Shown in pieces: positions 1 through 10,467 of a stretch of 64,000 nucleotides of DNA. The number at the start of each line of letters is the position of its first letter. Positions within the stretch are counted from its first letter, which is position 1. The translations under genes were made by a program, and so were the position numbers. Origin of the DNA: Porphyromonas pasteri (lineage in GTDB: Bacteria; Bacteroidota; Bacteroidia; Bacteroidales; Porphyromonadaceae); assembly GCF_014647755.1 (NCBI RefSeq), contig NZ_BMPU01000001.1:850382-914381 (forward strand), read 5' to 3'. The notes below the pieces were generated by a model, which did not search any database, had not been told where the DNA came from, and was given only the letters and a program-made list of their open reading frames with translations.

Positions 1-210
1 GGCTTTGAGAAAGCCCCCGCCTTAGACTACATCTACTACGGCAACGGGCGACGCAAACCCACCGAGGGCACACGCGAGGAGGTCAATAAACTCCAGCGAC
101 AGTACCACGAGCAGCCCGACCTCTTCAAGTCCGACCTTATCACGCCAGCCCCTGGCACTAAGATCAACCGCAAGCCCCCTAAGCCCTACAACCCCATTGA
201 GCTGGAATAA
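1..210 (+). CDS. GLPGLI family protein, C-terminal fragment (gene starts upstream of window)
   Basis: Frame-1 translation GFEKAPALDYIYYGNGRRKP...KPPKPYNPIELE* is collinear with the C-termini of the next two ORFs, including the shared KPYNPIELE end; stop TAA at 208-210. Confidence 0.6.
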   Translation, partial: GFEKAPALDYIYYGNGRRKPTEGTREEVNKLQRQYHEQPDLFKSDLITPAPGTKINRKPPKPYNPIELE

Positions 211-227
211 CCCCACCCCACAGAACT

Positions 228-1109
228 ATGATACGTTTGCTTCTCCGCACCCTATTCCTCACGATTGGGATGGGGTGCTTGAGCCTTCCCGCCATAGGTC
301 AAAAGCCCAAGGTCTTCCCGGACTACACCTATGTATATGAGCCGAGTGACTCCCTGCAGATGACCATATTCGACTACGCACAGTATCGGGCCTACTATGA
401 GAAGCAGTACCGAGACGACCCATCTACCCCCTCAGCTTATCACTGGATGCAGGTTCTGCAGATAGGCAGGAACTACCAAGCCTTCCTCGACTATGGCGAG
501 CTACGTAGTGACTCGATATGGAATGCGTCGGTGAAGGCGAGGAAGAAATACGGGGAATTTGAGGCGGAGGATAAGGCTGCCTCAAGAGCTGCCTTATCTC
601 ATCTGAAGCTTATCTTCGACCGCTCCAAGGGGATGATCAATGCCCACGAGAAGATCTTCATCAACAAGTACCACTACACCGAGCCCATCCCCCAGCTCCA
701 GTGGACGATGGTGCGGGGCGATAGTACGGTCTTAGGCTACCCATGCCACAAGGCCACGACGCACTTCCGTGGACGAGACTACATCGCTTGGTACACCGAG
801 GAGATCCCCTTCCCCTATGGGCCCTTTAAGTTCGGAGGTCTCCCTGGCCTCATCACCTGCATCTACGACACCCAGCGCGAGCATATCTATACGCTTGTAG
901 GCTTTGAGAAAGCTCCGTCAGAGGACTACATCTACGAGGAAGCGCGACGTATGTGGTGGTTCGAGACCAAGCGGGAAGTGGTGGCGAAGCTCCAGAGGAA
1001 CTACCACGAGCAGCCCGACCTCTTCACCTCCGACATCGTCGTCCGTGACCCCAAGAACAAGCCCGTCAAGCATCATAGTAAGCCCTACAACCCGATCGAA
1101 TTAGAATAA
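228..1109 (+). CDS. GLPGLI family protein (secreted; tandem paralog)
   Basis: 293-aa ORF with N-terminal signal-like hydrophobic stretch. Contains the literal GLPGLITCIYD motif that names the Bacteroidetes GLPGLI family, and ends ...KPYNPIELE like its neighbours. Confidence 0.7.
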   Translation: MIRLLLRTLFLTIGMGCLSLPAIGQKPKVFPDYTYVYEPSDSLQMTIFDYAQYRAYYEKQYRDDPSTPSAYHWMQVLQIGRNYQAFLDYGELRSDSIWNASVKARKKYGEFEAEDKAASRAALSHLKLIFDRSKGMINAHEKIFINKYHYTEPIPQLQWTMVRGDSTVLGYPCHKATTHFRGRDYIAWYTEEIPFPYGPFKFGGLPGLITCIYDTQREHIYTLVGFEKAPSEDYIYEEARRMWWFETKREVVAKLQRNYHEQPDLFTSDIVVRDPKNKPVKHHSKPYNPIELE

Positions 1110-1137
1110 ATCGCCCGTCCACTCCTCCCCGCCCTCT

Positions 1138-2031
1138 ATGAAGACAGTAAGACTCCTCCGAGGCATCGCCTTATCCCTCAGTATGTGCATCCTCTCCGTA
1201 ATGAGCGCTGAGGCACAAGAGACCAACATGGCCCCATTCATCGAGAGCTTGATACGTGCCTTCAAAACAATGAAGGCTGACACCGTAGGCAAGGACGTCA
1301 TTGAGCCCAACCTCTATCGTGCATTCTATAAAGCAGAGTACCATCCTGTCGCGAAAAGCATGGCGCCAGCCTATGAATGGACGCAAGTATTGCAAATCGG
1401 TGAAACGGCCCAGCGCTATATAGACCATGGGACCTTGCTGGCTGACTCCATATTTGACGATGGAGTCAAGACGGGTAAGACCCCTGAAGAGTTCGTCCCA
1501 GGATACTATAAGGCAGGCAAGAGCTCCGTCATGGATAGCCATATACTTTTCCTTCAGAGAGAGGGGAAGATGGAGTACTTCGATCGGATCGTCACCGACC
1601 ACTTCACCTACATAGATAGTATCCCCCAGCAGCAGTGGGAGCTGGTCGCAGGAGATAGTATCATCGCTGGATACACCTGCCACCGCGCCCAGACCCGCTA
1701 CCGAGGGCGCGACTACACGGCTTGGTACACCGAGGAGATCCCGCTGAGCTATGGCCCGTATAAGTTCAGAGGACTCCCTGGACTCATCACCTGTATCTAT
1801 GATAAGGACCGTGACCACGTCTTCACCTTGCAGGGCTTCGAGCGCGCTCCGCGCGGAGAGGTCATTTACCGCAAGAAGAAGTCCTACTTCAAGACGACCA
1901 GGGAGCGCCTCCAGCAGGCCATCCGCAACTACATGACGAACCCCTCGGGCTACAGCACACCGAAGATCAACGTCCAGGGGAAGAAGACCGCCAAGCCTCC
2001 TAAGCCCTACAACCCGATTGAGCTGGAGTAA
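1138..2031 (+). CDS. GLPGLI family protein (tandem paralog)
   Basis: 297 aa with signal peptide. Has the GLPGLITCIYD motif, ...GYTCHRAQTRYRGRDYTAWYTEEIP... collinear with the preceding ORF, and the same KPYNPIELE C-terminus. Confidence 0.7.
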   Translation: MKTVRLLRGIALSLSMCILSVMSAEAQETNMAPFIESLIRAFKTMKADTVGKDVIEPNLYRAFYKAEYHPVAKSMAPAYEWTQVLQIGETAQRYIDHGTLLADSIFDDGVKTGKTPEEFVPGYYKAGKSSVMDSHILFLQREGKMEYFDRIVTDHFTYIDSIPQQQWELVAGDSIIAGYTCHRAQTRYRGRDYTAWYTEEIPLSYGPYKFRGLPGLITCIYDKDRDHVFTLQGFERAPRGEVIYRKKKSYFKTTRERLQQAIRNYMTNPSGYSTPKINVQGKKTAKPPKPYNPIELE

Positions 2032-2060
2032 AAGCCCCTCTCCCACTTCCCGATACCACT

Positions 2061-4676
2061 ATGAGACACTACGACTACACGCCCCGACTCCTTTGGTGCC
2101 TCCTCATGCTGCTCCTCCTGCTCCCCATAGGGCAAGTGCATGGGCAGACGAGTGAGCGCCACGTGACCGCCCGTATCGTCAATGCTGAGACGGGTGCCCC
2201 CATCGTCGATGTCCTTTGCTCAGCATGGGACGGCGAACGGCACCGCACGGCCTTCACGCAGAGCGACGCCAAGGGCGAGGCACGCTTTCGCCTCACGCCC
2301 CAAGACCAGCTTCTCTCCTTCGTCCTCTTAGGCTATACGAAGCAAGAGCTACGCATCAGCGAGCTCTCGGGAGATAGCTTCACCGTGCGTCTCCAGCCCT
2401 CGACGACGCCGATACGTGAGGTACATATCAAGGCACGCCCCATCACCGTGCGGGGCGACACGCTCCGCTACCGCGTCAAGGCCTTTGCAGGCAAGCGAGA
2501 CCGCTACCTCGAGGATGTCATCAAGAAGCTCCCCGGGGTAGAGGTCAAGGAGAATGGACGGATAGAGTATCAGGGTAAGCCTATCAATAAGTTCTACATC
2601 GAGGGGCAAGATCCCTTGGGCAGCAACTACACGCAGGCCTCGCGCAACATCCCCATCAATGCCGTCGATCAGGTCGATGTCATCGAGCACAACCAGCACA
2701 AGCGCGTCCTACAGGGCCTCGTCTCCAGCGACCAGGCAGCGCTGAACATCCGTCTGAGCAAGGCCGCACGCTTCCGTCCCTTCGGGGAGGTCACAGCAGG
2801 GACGGGCCTGCCTGCACCGCTCTGGGAGGGAAAAGCCTTCCTCATGCAGGCCTCACCGACGAACCAACTCATCACCTCACTCAAGGGGAATAATACGGGG
2901 GTAGACCTCTCGTCAGACTTCGAGCAGCAGCACGACGCAGGGAGTGGCCTTCCACAGATCTCCCTTCCCTCGACCGCCCTACAGACCTCCTCCCCACAGC
3001 GCCCACCCCTCGACATCGGGCGCTACCTCGATGACAGAGGCTTCAACTGGGGCATCAATGACCTGCAGAAGCTCGGGGAGTACAGTAACCTCCGCATCAA
3101 CGTCTCGGGCTACCACGACCGCCGACGTCTCAGTTCCGAGAGCGAGACCCACTACCTCGGCACTACACCGCTCGACCTCTACGAGACATCACAGCTGACC
3201 CGAAGCCCCAACTACTACAATGCCGCCCTGCGCTACGAGCACAATGCGCCCAAGCGCTATCTCGTAGGTGAGCTAAGCTTCGGAGGTAGGCGCTCCGACC
3301 AAGCTGAGGGCCTTCGCTCCAATCGCCGTGAGTACACCTTGGGACTACGGCAGGAGCCGCTTTGGCTCCAAGCGGCCCTGCAGACGACCCTCCGCTTAGG
3401 CGGTACGGTCCTCGACTTCGTCTCCTCCACACGTGGCTACACCGCAGGAGAGACGCTCCGTGGCGAGTGGAACGAGGCGGCACTCCCCACGCAGACGCTC
3501 TACGAAGAGCGACGCATCACCCAGCTTCACACGACGCATCAAGCCTCGACGAGCTTCCAGTTCTCCCGCACCACCGCACTTCACACGGGGCTGGCAGCCA
3601 CGGCCGACCTACGGAGCTTTGACACGCCCTACGCGAGCCTTGCCCGCTCCTGCAGCTACCGTGACCTCTCTCTGGCGCTGGATGCGTCCTTCAGCTACCG
3701 CCCCGAGGGCTTCTATCTCTCGGTGGGTACCCCTCTTACCCTCGAGCGGGAGATGCTTCAGGTAGGTACGCGCCACGATGAGGCGACACGCCTACGTATC
3801 GCCCCCTTCTTCAGCATGAGGGCGAGCCTCGGGCAGCACGGAGAGCTATGGCTACGTGGGAGCTACTCCGAGCGCCCCGACCTCGACGGCTACTACAGCC
3901 CCAGCACCCAGAGACGAGGCTACCGCCTCTACTACCAGAGTCTCGAGCACCTCTACAGTCAGCAGACCCTCTCCAGCTCGCTCCGCCTCACCTATCGCAA
4001 CCCGCTGGAGCTCTTCTTCACCTACCTCCATCTGAGCTACAACTACACGACCCACGGCTACTACCGTGACTATACTTATAGTCTTGACCGCACGGTGAGC
4101 ATCCCCATCGACAGCACGCACCACCGCCAGACCTTCTCCGCAGCGGGCGTCGTCGACAAGTCCATCGCACCACTCGGGCTGAGCCTACATGCCGAGCTAC
4201 GATACAGCCACTCGAGCTACATCTCCTCACAAGCACATCGCGTCTATCAGATCCAGAGCGACCTCCTCGTGCCCAGCCTCACGATGACGTGCAACAAGCT
4301 CTCCCCGCTGGAACTGGCCTACACCTTCGAGCTCAGCAGTCTATGGATACATCACCCGCTGACGAAGCTACGCCCCGTCCTCTCCCTGCGTGAGAGCTTC
4401 GAGGCAGGCCTCCCCCTCGGTGATCGCTGGCTCCTCGGCCTGCAGGTCGTCCACTCAATGAATGAGGTCGCTCCAAGAGAGTACAAGCACACCCTCTTCG
4501 GTGACCTCGACGCTGCCTGGACCGTCAGCAAGCGTATCAAGCTCACCGCCCGCTTAGCGAACCTATGGGGTCAGACTGCCTACCAAGTGACCCGCCTCTC
4601 CGACACCGACATCTCGAGCTTCGCCGTACCGCTCCGCCCCCGCGAGCTCATCGTGACGGCTACGCTTCGCATCTAA
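2061..4676 (+). CDS. outer-membrane beta-barrel receptor-like protein with N-terminal carboxypeptidase-regulatory-like domain (TonB-dependent receptor-like)
   Basis: 871 aa. Signal peptide; VTARIVNAETGAPI... (CarbopepD_reg-like); plug-like segment ITVRGDTLRYRVKAFAGKRDRYLEDVIKKLPGVEV; long Tyr/Ser/Thr/Arg-rich beta-strand-like region. GLPGLI genes commonly sit beside such receptor-like OMPs. Confidence 0.6.
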   Translation: MRHYDYTPRLLWCLLMLLLLLPIGQVHGQTSERHVTARIVNAETGAPIVDVLCSAWDGERHRTAFTQSDAKGEARFRLTPQDQLLSFVLLGYTKQELRISELSGDSFTVRLQPSTTPIREVHIKARPITVRGDTLRYRVKAFAGKRDRYLEDVIKKLPGVEVKENGRIEYQGKPINKFYIEGQDPLGSNYTQASRNIPINAVDQVDVIEHNQHKRVLQGLVSSDQAALNIRLSKAARFRPFGEVTAGTGLPAPLWEGKAFLMQASPTNQLITSLKGNNTGVDLSSDFEQQHDAGSGLPQISLPSTALQTSSPQRPPLDIGRYLDDRGFNWGINDLQKLGEYSNLRINVSGYHDRRRLSSESETHYLGTTPLDLYETSQLTRSPNYYNAALRYEHNAPKRYLVGELSFGGRRSDQAEGLRSNRREYTLGLRQEPLWLQAALQTTLRLGGTVLDFVSSTRGYTAGETLRGEWNEAALPTQTLYEERRITQLHTTHQASTSFQFSRTTALHTGLAATADLRSFDTPYASLARSCSYRDLSLALDASFSYRPEGFYLSVGTPLTLEREMLQVGTRHDEATRLRIAPFFSMRASLGQHGELWLRGSYSERPDLDGYYSPSTQRRGYRLYYQSLEHLYSQQTLSSSLRLTYRNPLELFFTYLHLSYNYTTHGYYRDYTYSLDRTVSIPIDSTHHRQTFSAAGVVDKSIAPLGLSLHAELRYSHSSYISSQAHRVYQIQSDLLVPSLTMTCNKLSPLELAYTFELSSLWIHHPLTKLRPVLSLRESFEAGLPLGDRWLLGLQVVHSMNEVAPREYKHTLFGDLDAAWTVSKRIKLTARLANLWGQTAYQVTRLSDTDISSFAVPLRPRELIVTATLRI

Positions 4677-4866
4677 GGCGCTCTCGTTTCAGCCCTTATA
4701 TCCCCACCTTCGCCTCACAGCACACCTTTTCGTAGCGTGCTGTGGGGCGCTTTTTCTACTACCGAAGGAGGTGCTTTTGAGAAGCCTTAAATAGGGTGCA
4801 GAGGAGCGCCCTTATCCCCTTGTCCATTCTCTTGTAACTCGGGCAGTTGAATATCATATATTCGTT

Positions 4867-4874
4867 GTACCTTT
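4867..4874 (+). promoter_or_regulatory. candidate Bacteroidetes sigma-A -7 element (TAccTTTG) upstream of eno
   Basis: TACCTTTG matches the Bacteroidetes -7 consensus TAnnTTTG, ~50 nt upstream of the eno ATG. A TTG lies ~18 nt further upstream at the -33 position. Confidence 0.35.
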
Positions 4875-4899
4875 GTAGGAGACAGAAAAGTCTATATAG

Positions 4900-6207
<1,308 letters not shown>

Positions 6208-6272
6208 TCCACACCGTACGGCCCATCTGCGCTGAGGCAACCCTGCCCGCGCACCGAAGCCGTAGGACATAA

Positions 6273-6308
6273 ATAGCCCCGCAGGATGACCTCCTGCGGG
6301 GCTATTTC
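6273..6308 (+). terminator. rho-independent-type terminator after eno
   Basis: ATAGCCCCGCAGGA-TGACC-TCCTGCGGGGCTAT is a perfect 14-bp stem, followed by TTCGCTTCC. Confidence 0.6.
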
Positions 6309-6435
6309 GCTTCCTGCTGTGCAACAAAGAAGCGGGGAAGAATAGTTATCTTTGTGAGACGGGGCTTTTCAGGTGAGTACATCCCCGAGAGCCCCATATA
6401 TTTAGATAGACTCCATCATCACTCCATAGCGCTGT

Positions 6436-7125
6436 ATGCAACAGTCCTCCTCCGCCTGGACTCGCTGGGCTCCCCCAGTGACCCGCAACTTGATCGTCAT
6501 CAACTTCATCATCTACTTCGCCTCAGTCTTGCTACTGCGTCGAGGCTTTGACCTTGCGGAGGTCGCTGGCCTACACTACTTCGAGTCCTCAGCCTTCCGA
6601 GTGTGGCAGCTCCTGACATATCAGTTCCTCCACAGCACCTCGTCCATCGAGCACGTGCTGTCGAATATGTTCGCACTCTATATGTTCGGCTCGAGCATCG
6701 AGTACTTCTGGGGCAGCAAGCGCTATCTGATCTACTATCTCCTCTGTGGTATTAGTGCAGGGCTGGTGCAGGAGCTGAGCTGGTACTATGAGCTACGCGA
6801 GGTCGTACAGTATGCGAGCGTACAGCTCCCATCGGGGATCGTCCCACTCGACACCTTCCTCAGCATGCTGAATACCGTGGGGGCATCGGGAGCTGTCTTC
6901 GGCATCCTCCTTGCCTCTGGCGTACTCTTCCCCAATTCATACGTCCTCATTGGCTTCGCCATACCGCTGAAGATGAAGTATTTCGTCTTCCTCTACGGCG
7001 CCTTCGAGCTCTTCGCTGGCATCCACAACACTTGGGGTCAGGTAGCCCACTTCGCTCACCTCGGTGGGATGATCGGCGGGGCTATCCTCATCTATCTCTG
7101 GCGTAAGAAGGGGGTTATCCGATAG
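6436..7125 (+). CDS. rhomboid family intramembrane serine protease
   Basis: Polytopic membrane protein with GASGAVFG (GxSG catalytic Ser) and a later AHLGGMIGG (catalytic His) motif. Confidence 0.8.
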   Translation: MQQSSSAWTRWAPPVTRNLIVINFIIYFASVLLLRRGFDLAEVAGLHYFESSAFRVWQLLTYQFLHSTSSIEHVLSNMFALYMFGSSIEYFWGSKRYLIYYLLCGISAGLVQELSWYYELREVVQYASVQLPSGIVPLDTFLSMLNTVGASGAVFGILLASGVLFPNSYVLIGFAIPLKMKYFVFLYGAFELFAGIHNTWGQVAHFAHLGGMIGGAILIYLWRKKGVIR

Positions 7126-7132
7126 CTCTTCG

Positions 7133-7912
7133 ATGAACTGGCAGAAGCTATACAAAGAGTATTGGCAAGAGGGGAGCATCGTCATGCGCCTCCTCATCCT
7201 ACATACCTTCGCCTACCTCCTTATCGGGCTGACCTCTTGGGCCTGCACGCTCATCACACCCTTACGCTGGTGGAATCTCGGGCTCTCACTCTCCTTCTAC
7301 CCTGAGTGGGACAAGGTACTCTACCACCCTTGGTCGCTCGTCACGTATGCCCTCCCCCACCTAAACTTCTTCCATTTCTTTGGCAACATGTGTCTGGTCT
7401 ATGCGCTCCTCCCCGTGATGGCGTATCGACTCGGGACGCGCAGATTCCTCTGGGCCTATATCGGAGGCATCATCGCAGGGGCATTGACCTACCTCTTAGG
7501 CTACCAGCTCCTCGGTGCACAGACTATCCCTCCCCTGTCGCTGCAAGGTGCTTCAGCTGCCATCCTCAGCGTATGCGCTGCGGCAGTCATGGTAGATCGC
7601 AAGATTCTCTCCTCGTTCACCCTGCGCTTTACGGGGAATCGCATCCCACCCATCGCACTCTGGGTCTTCCTATTCCTCGTCTTCCTCGGTGCTGGACGAG
7701 GAAACTTAGGCGGTCACTTGGCGCACCTCGGCGGGCTCCTCTTCGGTATCGCCTGCGGTCTCTACTACCGCAAGCAAGCCAAGCATCCCGCAAGCGTTTT
7801 TACCAGCGACCGAGAGGAACTGCTACGCAAGACCCGTCACTCGAGCTTCTCCAGCCTAAGCCCCGAGGAGCGTCGTCGCTTGATGAAGAACCTCCCCAAA
7901 GACAAGAACTAA
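7133..7912 (+). CDS. rhomboid family protein (second paralog, GxSA variant)
   Basis: Polytopic. GASAAILS in place of GxSG, with AHLGGLLFG His motif. Adjacent to the first rhomboid gene. Confidence 0.7.
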   Translation: MNWQKLYKEYWQEGSIVMRLLILHTFAYLLIGLTSWACTLITPLRWWNLGLSLSFYPEWDKVLYHPWSLVTYALPHLNFFHFFGNMCLVYALLPVMAYRLGTRRFLWAYIGGIIAGALTYLLGYQLLGAQTIPPLSLQGASAAILSVCAAAVMVDRKILSSFTLRFTGNRIPPIALWVFLFLVFLGAGRGNLGGHLAHLGGLLFGIACGLYYRKQAKHPASVFTSDREELLRKTRHSSFSSLSPEERRRLMKNLPKDKN

Positions 7913-7934
7913 CCTCCCCCACGGCAACCCAATA

Positions 7935-9059
7935 ATGAAGCTTCGCGCTCTCTTCACCTTCAGCTCACGTATCGCACGAGTCCTCCTCCTCGTGGGGACA
8001 CTCCTCATCTCTGGGGTCTATCTCCTCGGGGCCTACTCGGGGTACATAGCACCGAAGACCTGGATCCTCCCGAGCTTCTTAGGCCTACTGTTCCCTGGGC
8101 TGATCTTAGCGCAGATCCTTGTGAGCCTCTTTTGGCTCATTGCACTCGACAAGAAGCACCTCATACTCGTAGGTGCCGTATGGCTCATCTCCCTGCCACA
8201 GCTCCTCACCTACTTCCCCATCAGCCGCTCGGCGAAGATCCTCGGCGACGAAGACGATGCGATACGCGTGCTCTCCTACAATGTCTGCGCCTTCGGCTTC
8301 AAGCCTCACAGCAAGACCAGCCCCAACGCGATCCTGCAGTATATCAAGAGCAGTGGTGCCGATTTGGTGTGCCTGCAGGAGGCGATGCTCAATCAGAATC
8401 CTTGGGCAGGTGTCGTCTCAAAGACCCTGCGTAGCTATCTCGATAAGGACTACCCCTACATCAGTGTTAATCGTGTGAATCGTGGTGGAAGTACCCTTGC
8501 GCTTCTCTCAAAATACCCAATCACCGAAGCAAAGGAAATCCCCCTCCCCTCGTGGGTCAATGGGGCTGTCGCCTACAAGGTACTAATCCGTGGCGAAGAG
8601 ACACTCATCATCAACGTACACCTCGAGTCCTTCCACCTGCGTCGCACGGATGGAGAGGACTATCTGCGCTTAGCCTCCCAAGGGCAGGCACTCCGCTTGA
8701 AGGACGCGCTCAGCAGCAAGCTTGCGCCTACCTTCCGTGCCCATGGCGTACAGGCCAACATCATCCACCAGCTCATCCAGAGCTACGGCACCGAGCGTGT
8801 CATCGTCTGTGGCGACTTCAACGACACGCCCCTCTCCTATACCCGCCGTAAGATCGCCGATGGGCTGAAGGACGCCTTCGTCGAGCGTGGCAATGGCTTC
8901 GGCTTTACCTTCACGACGCGCCCCTTCATCGTGCGCATCGACCACATCCTCTACGGCTCTGCCTTCCGTGCTATCAGCTGTGAGGTCGACAAGACCGCCA
9001 GCGAGTCGGACCACCATCCTATCGAGGCCGTGCTCACCATGAGCTCAGCACAAGAGTAA
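7935..9059 (+). CDS. endonuclease/exonuclease/phosphatase (EEP) family membrane protein
   Basis: N-terminal TM helices followed by an EEP fold: LVCLQEAM..., GDFNDTP, SDHHPIEAVL. Confidence 0.75.
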   Translation: MKLRALFTFSSRIARVLLLVGTLLISGVYLLGAYSGYIAPKTWILPSFLGLLFPGLILAQILVSLFWLIALDKKHLILVGAVWLISLPQLLTYFPISRSAKILGDEDDAIRVLSYNVCAFGFKPHSKTSPNAILQYIKSSGADLVCLQEAMLNQNPWAGVVSKTLRSYLDKDYPYISVNRVNRGGSTLALLSKYPITEAKEIPLPSWVNGAVAYKVLIRGEETLIINVHLESFHLRRTDGEDYLRLASQGQALRLKDALSSKLAPTFRAHGVQANIIHQLIQSYGTERVIVCGDFNDTPLSYTRRKIADGLKDAFVERGNGFGFTFTTRPFIVRIDHILYGSAFRAISCEVDKTASESDHHPIEAVLTMSSAQE

Positions 9060-9069
9060 TCCCTGCCCC

Positions 9070-10443
9070 ATGCTCAGCAAGAAGATACGCCAGTACCTCA
9101 TTGACTTCCTCGTCGGCTCGCTCTGGGTACAGAGTGAAGGTGACGATCGCTTCCAGCGCCGCTTCGAAGCCATCGGCTATACCGACGATCCTGAGCAGAT
9201 GAAGCTCTATCCCATCGTCATCATCCCCTCAGGCTTCTTCAAGATGGACGTCTACGGCACCGAGGAGTCGATGCCTACCCTCCCGCTGAAGACGTGGCGA
9301 GGGATACCACTACTCTTCGGCGAGCCCCGAGAGGAGTGGAGTGCTGACGGGAGTCAGCTCATCATCCATGCCGACCTCCTCGCCTCGACCTACTTCCTCA
9401 TCTCCCGCTATGAGGAGATGTACCGACGTAGTGAGCGCGACTCCTATGGGCGCTTCCCTGGGAAGAGTTCGCTCCCCTATCGAGCAGGCTTCCTACACCG
9501 CCCCATCATCGACGAGTACGGCGAAGCCCTCAGACAGATCCTCCTCGAGACGGGTATCGCTGAGCGCCACAACCTACGCCTCGAGGAGCGTCCCCAGACC
9601 TTCAGCAGAGTCAACCTCACCCACGACCTCTCCCGCCCGTACAACTATCGTGGCTGGAGAAGCTTCCTGCGTGCATGGCTCAAGCAGAAGAAGAGTCCCT
9701 TAGAGGCAGCACGCCTAAGCTTCTCGGCAGATGTCGAGGACGACTACTTCACCTTCCCCAAGTTCTTCAAGTGGGATCGTAATACCTGCGATAGCTTGGG
9801 TAGGGATAGATCGGATATCTTCCTTTTCATCCGTATGCCCTCGCGCCACCCGCTGGATAAGCCTTACTATAGTCTCCACTCCCTCTACCTCCGTCGTATC
9901 CTCTCGATAGCCGCCAAGCACAAGGTGCTCTTAGCGCTCCAGTGCAGCTATGCCGCGGGGCACCAGTCGGAGCTCATCAGCAAGGAGCGCCATCAGTTTG
10001 AGAAGGCCTTCCGTCAGCGTCCCCGTGGCCTGCGACACAATAAGCTCACCTCCTGCGAGCCCGAGGACCTCTTTCAGGCCTACGTCTCGGGCTTCCGCAA
10101 TGATTACTCGATGGGCTACGCCGATGTCGTCGGCTTCCGCCTCGGCACCTGCCGTCCGGTGAAGTTCATCAATCCCAATACCCGCCTTCTGACAGAGCTC
10201 ATCCTCCACCCTCTCGTGCTGCGCGACCTGACGCTGAGTGATCAGCGCTACATGGCGCTGGAGCAAGATGAAGCCGAGCGCATCGCACACGACCTCATCC
10301 GCACGACAGCTCGATACAACGGCGAGCTCACGCTCCTCTGGCACAACGACCTGCTCTCGCAGAAGACCCACCCCTGGCACTCCGTCCTCTACCGCTCCAT
10401 GCTCCGTCTCATCGAAGAGCTTGGCGCAGAGCCCCAAGCGTAG
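9070..10443 (+). CDS. hypothetical protein (possibly polysaccharide-deacetylase-like; family not recognised with confidence)
   Basis: 457-aa ORF with strong codon bias and no TM segments. No diagnostic motif recognised. Confidence 0.5.
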   Translation: MLSKKIRQYLIDFLVGSLWVQSEGDDRFQRRFEAIGYTDDPEQMKLYPIVIIPSGFFKMDVYGTEESMPTLPLKTWRGIPLLFGEPREEWSADGSQLIIHADLLASTYFLISRYEEMYRRSERDSYGRFPGKSSLPYRAGFLHRPIIDEYGEALRQILLETGIAERHNLRLEERPQTFSRVNLTHDLSRPYNYRGWRSFLRAWLKQKKSPLEAARLSFSADVEDDYFTFPKFFKWDRNTCDSLGRDRSDIFLFIRMPSRHPLDKPYYSLHSLYLRRILSIAAKHKVLLALQCSYAAGHQSELISKERHQFEKAFRQRPRGLRHNKLTSCEPEDLFQAYVSGFRNDYSMGYADVVGFRLGTCRPVKFINPNTRLLTELILHPLVLRDLTLSDQRYMALEQDEAERIAHDLIRTTARYNGELTLLWHNDLLSQKTHPWHSVLYRSMLRLIEELGAEPQA

Positions 10444-10467
10444 TCCCAGCCCCTCACTCGCTCGCCC

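Noticed and set aside
6354-6551. 65-aa ORF upstream of and overlapping the rhomboid start.
   Set aside because: It overlaps the better-supported rhomboid start region, has no distinguishing features, and is probably a frame artefact.
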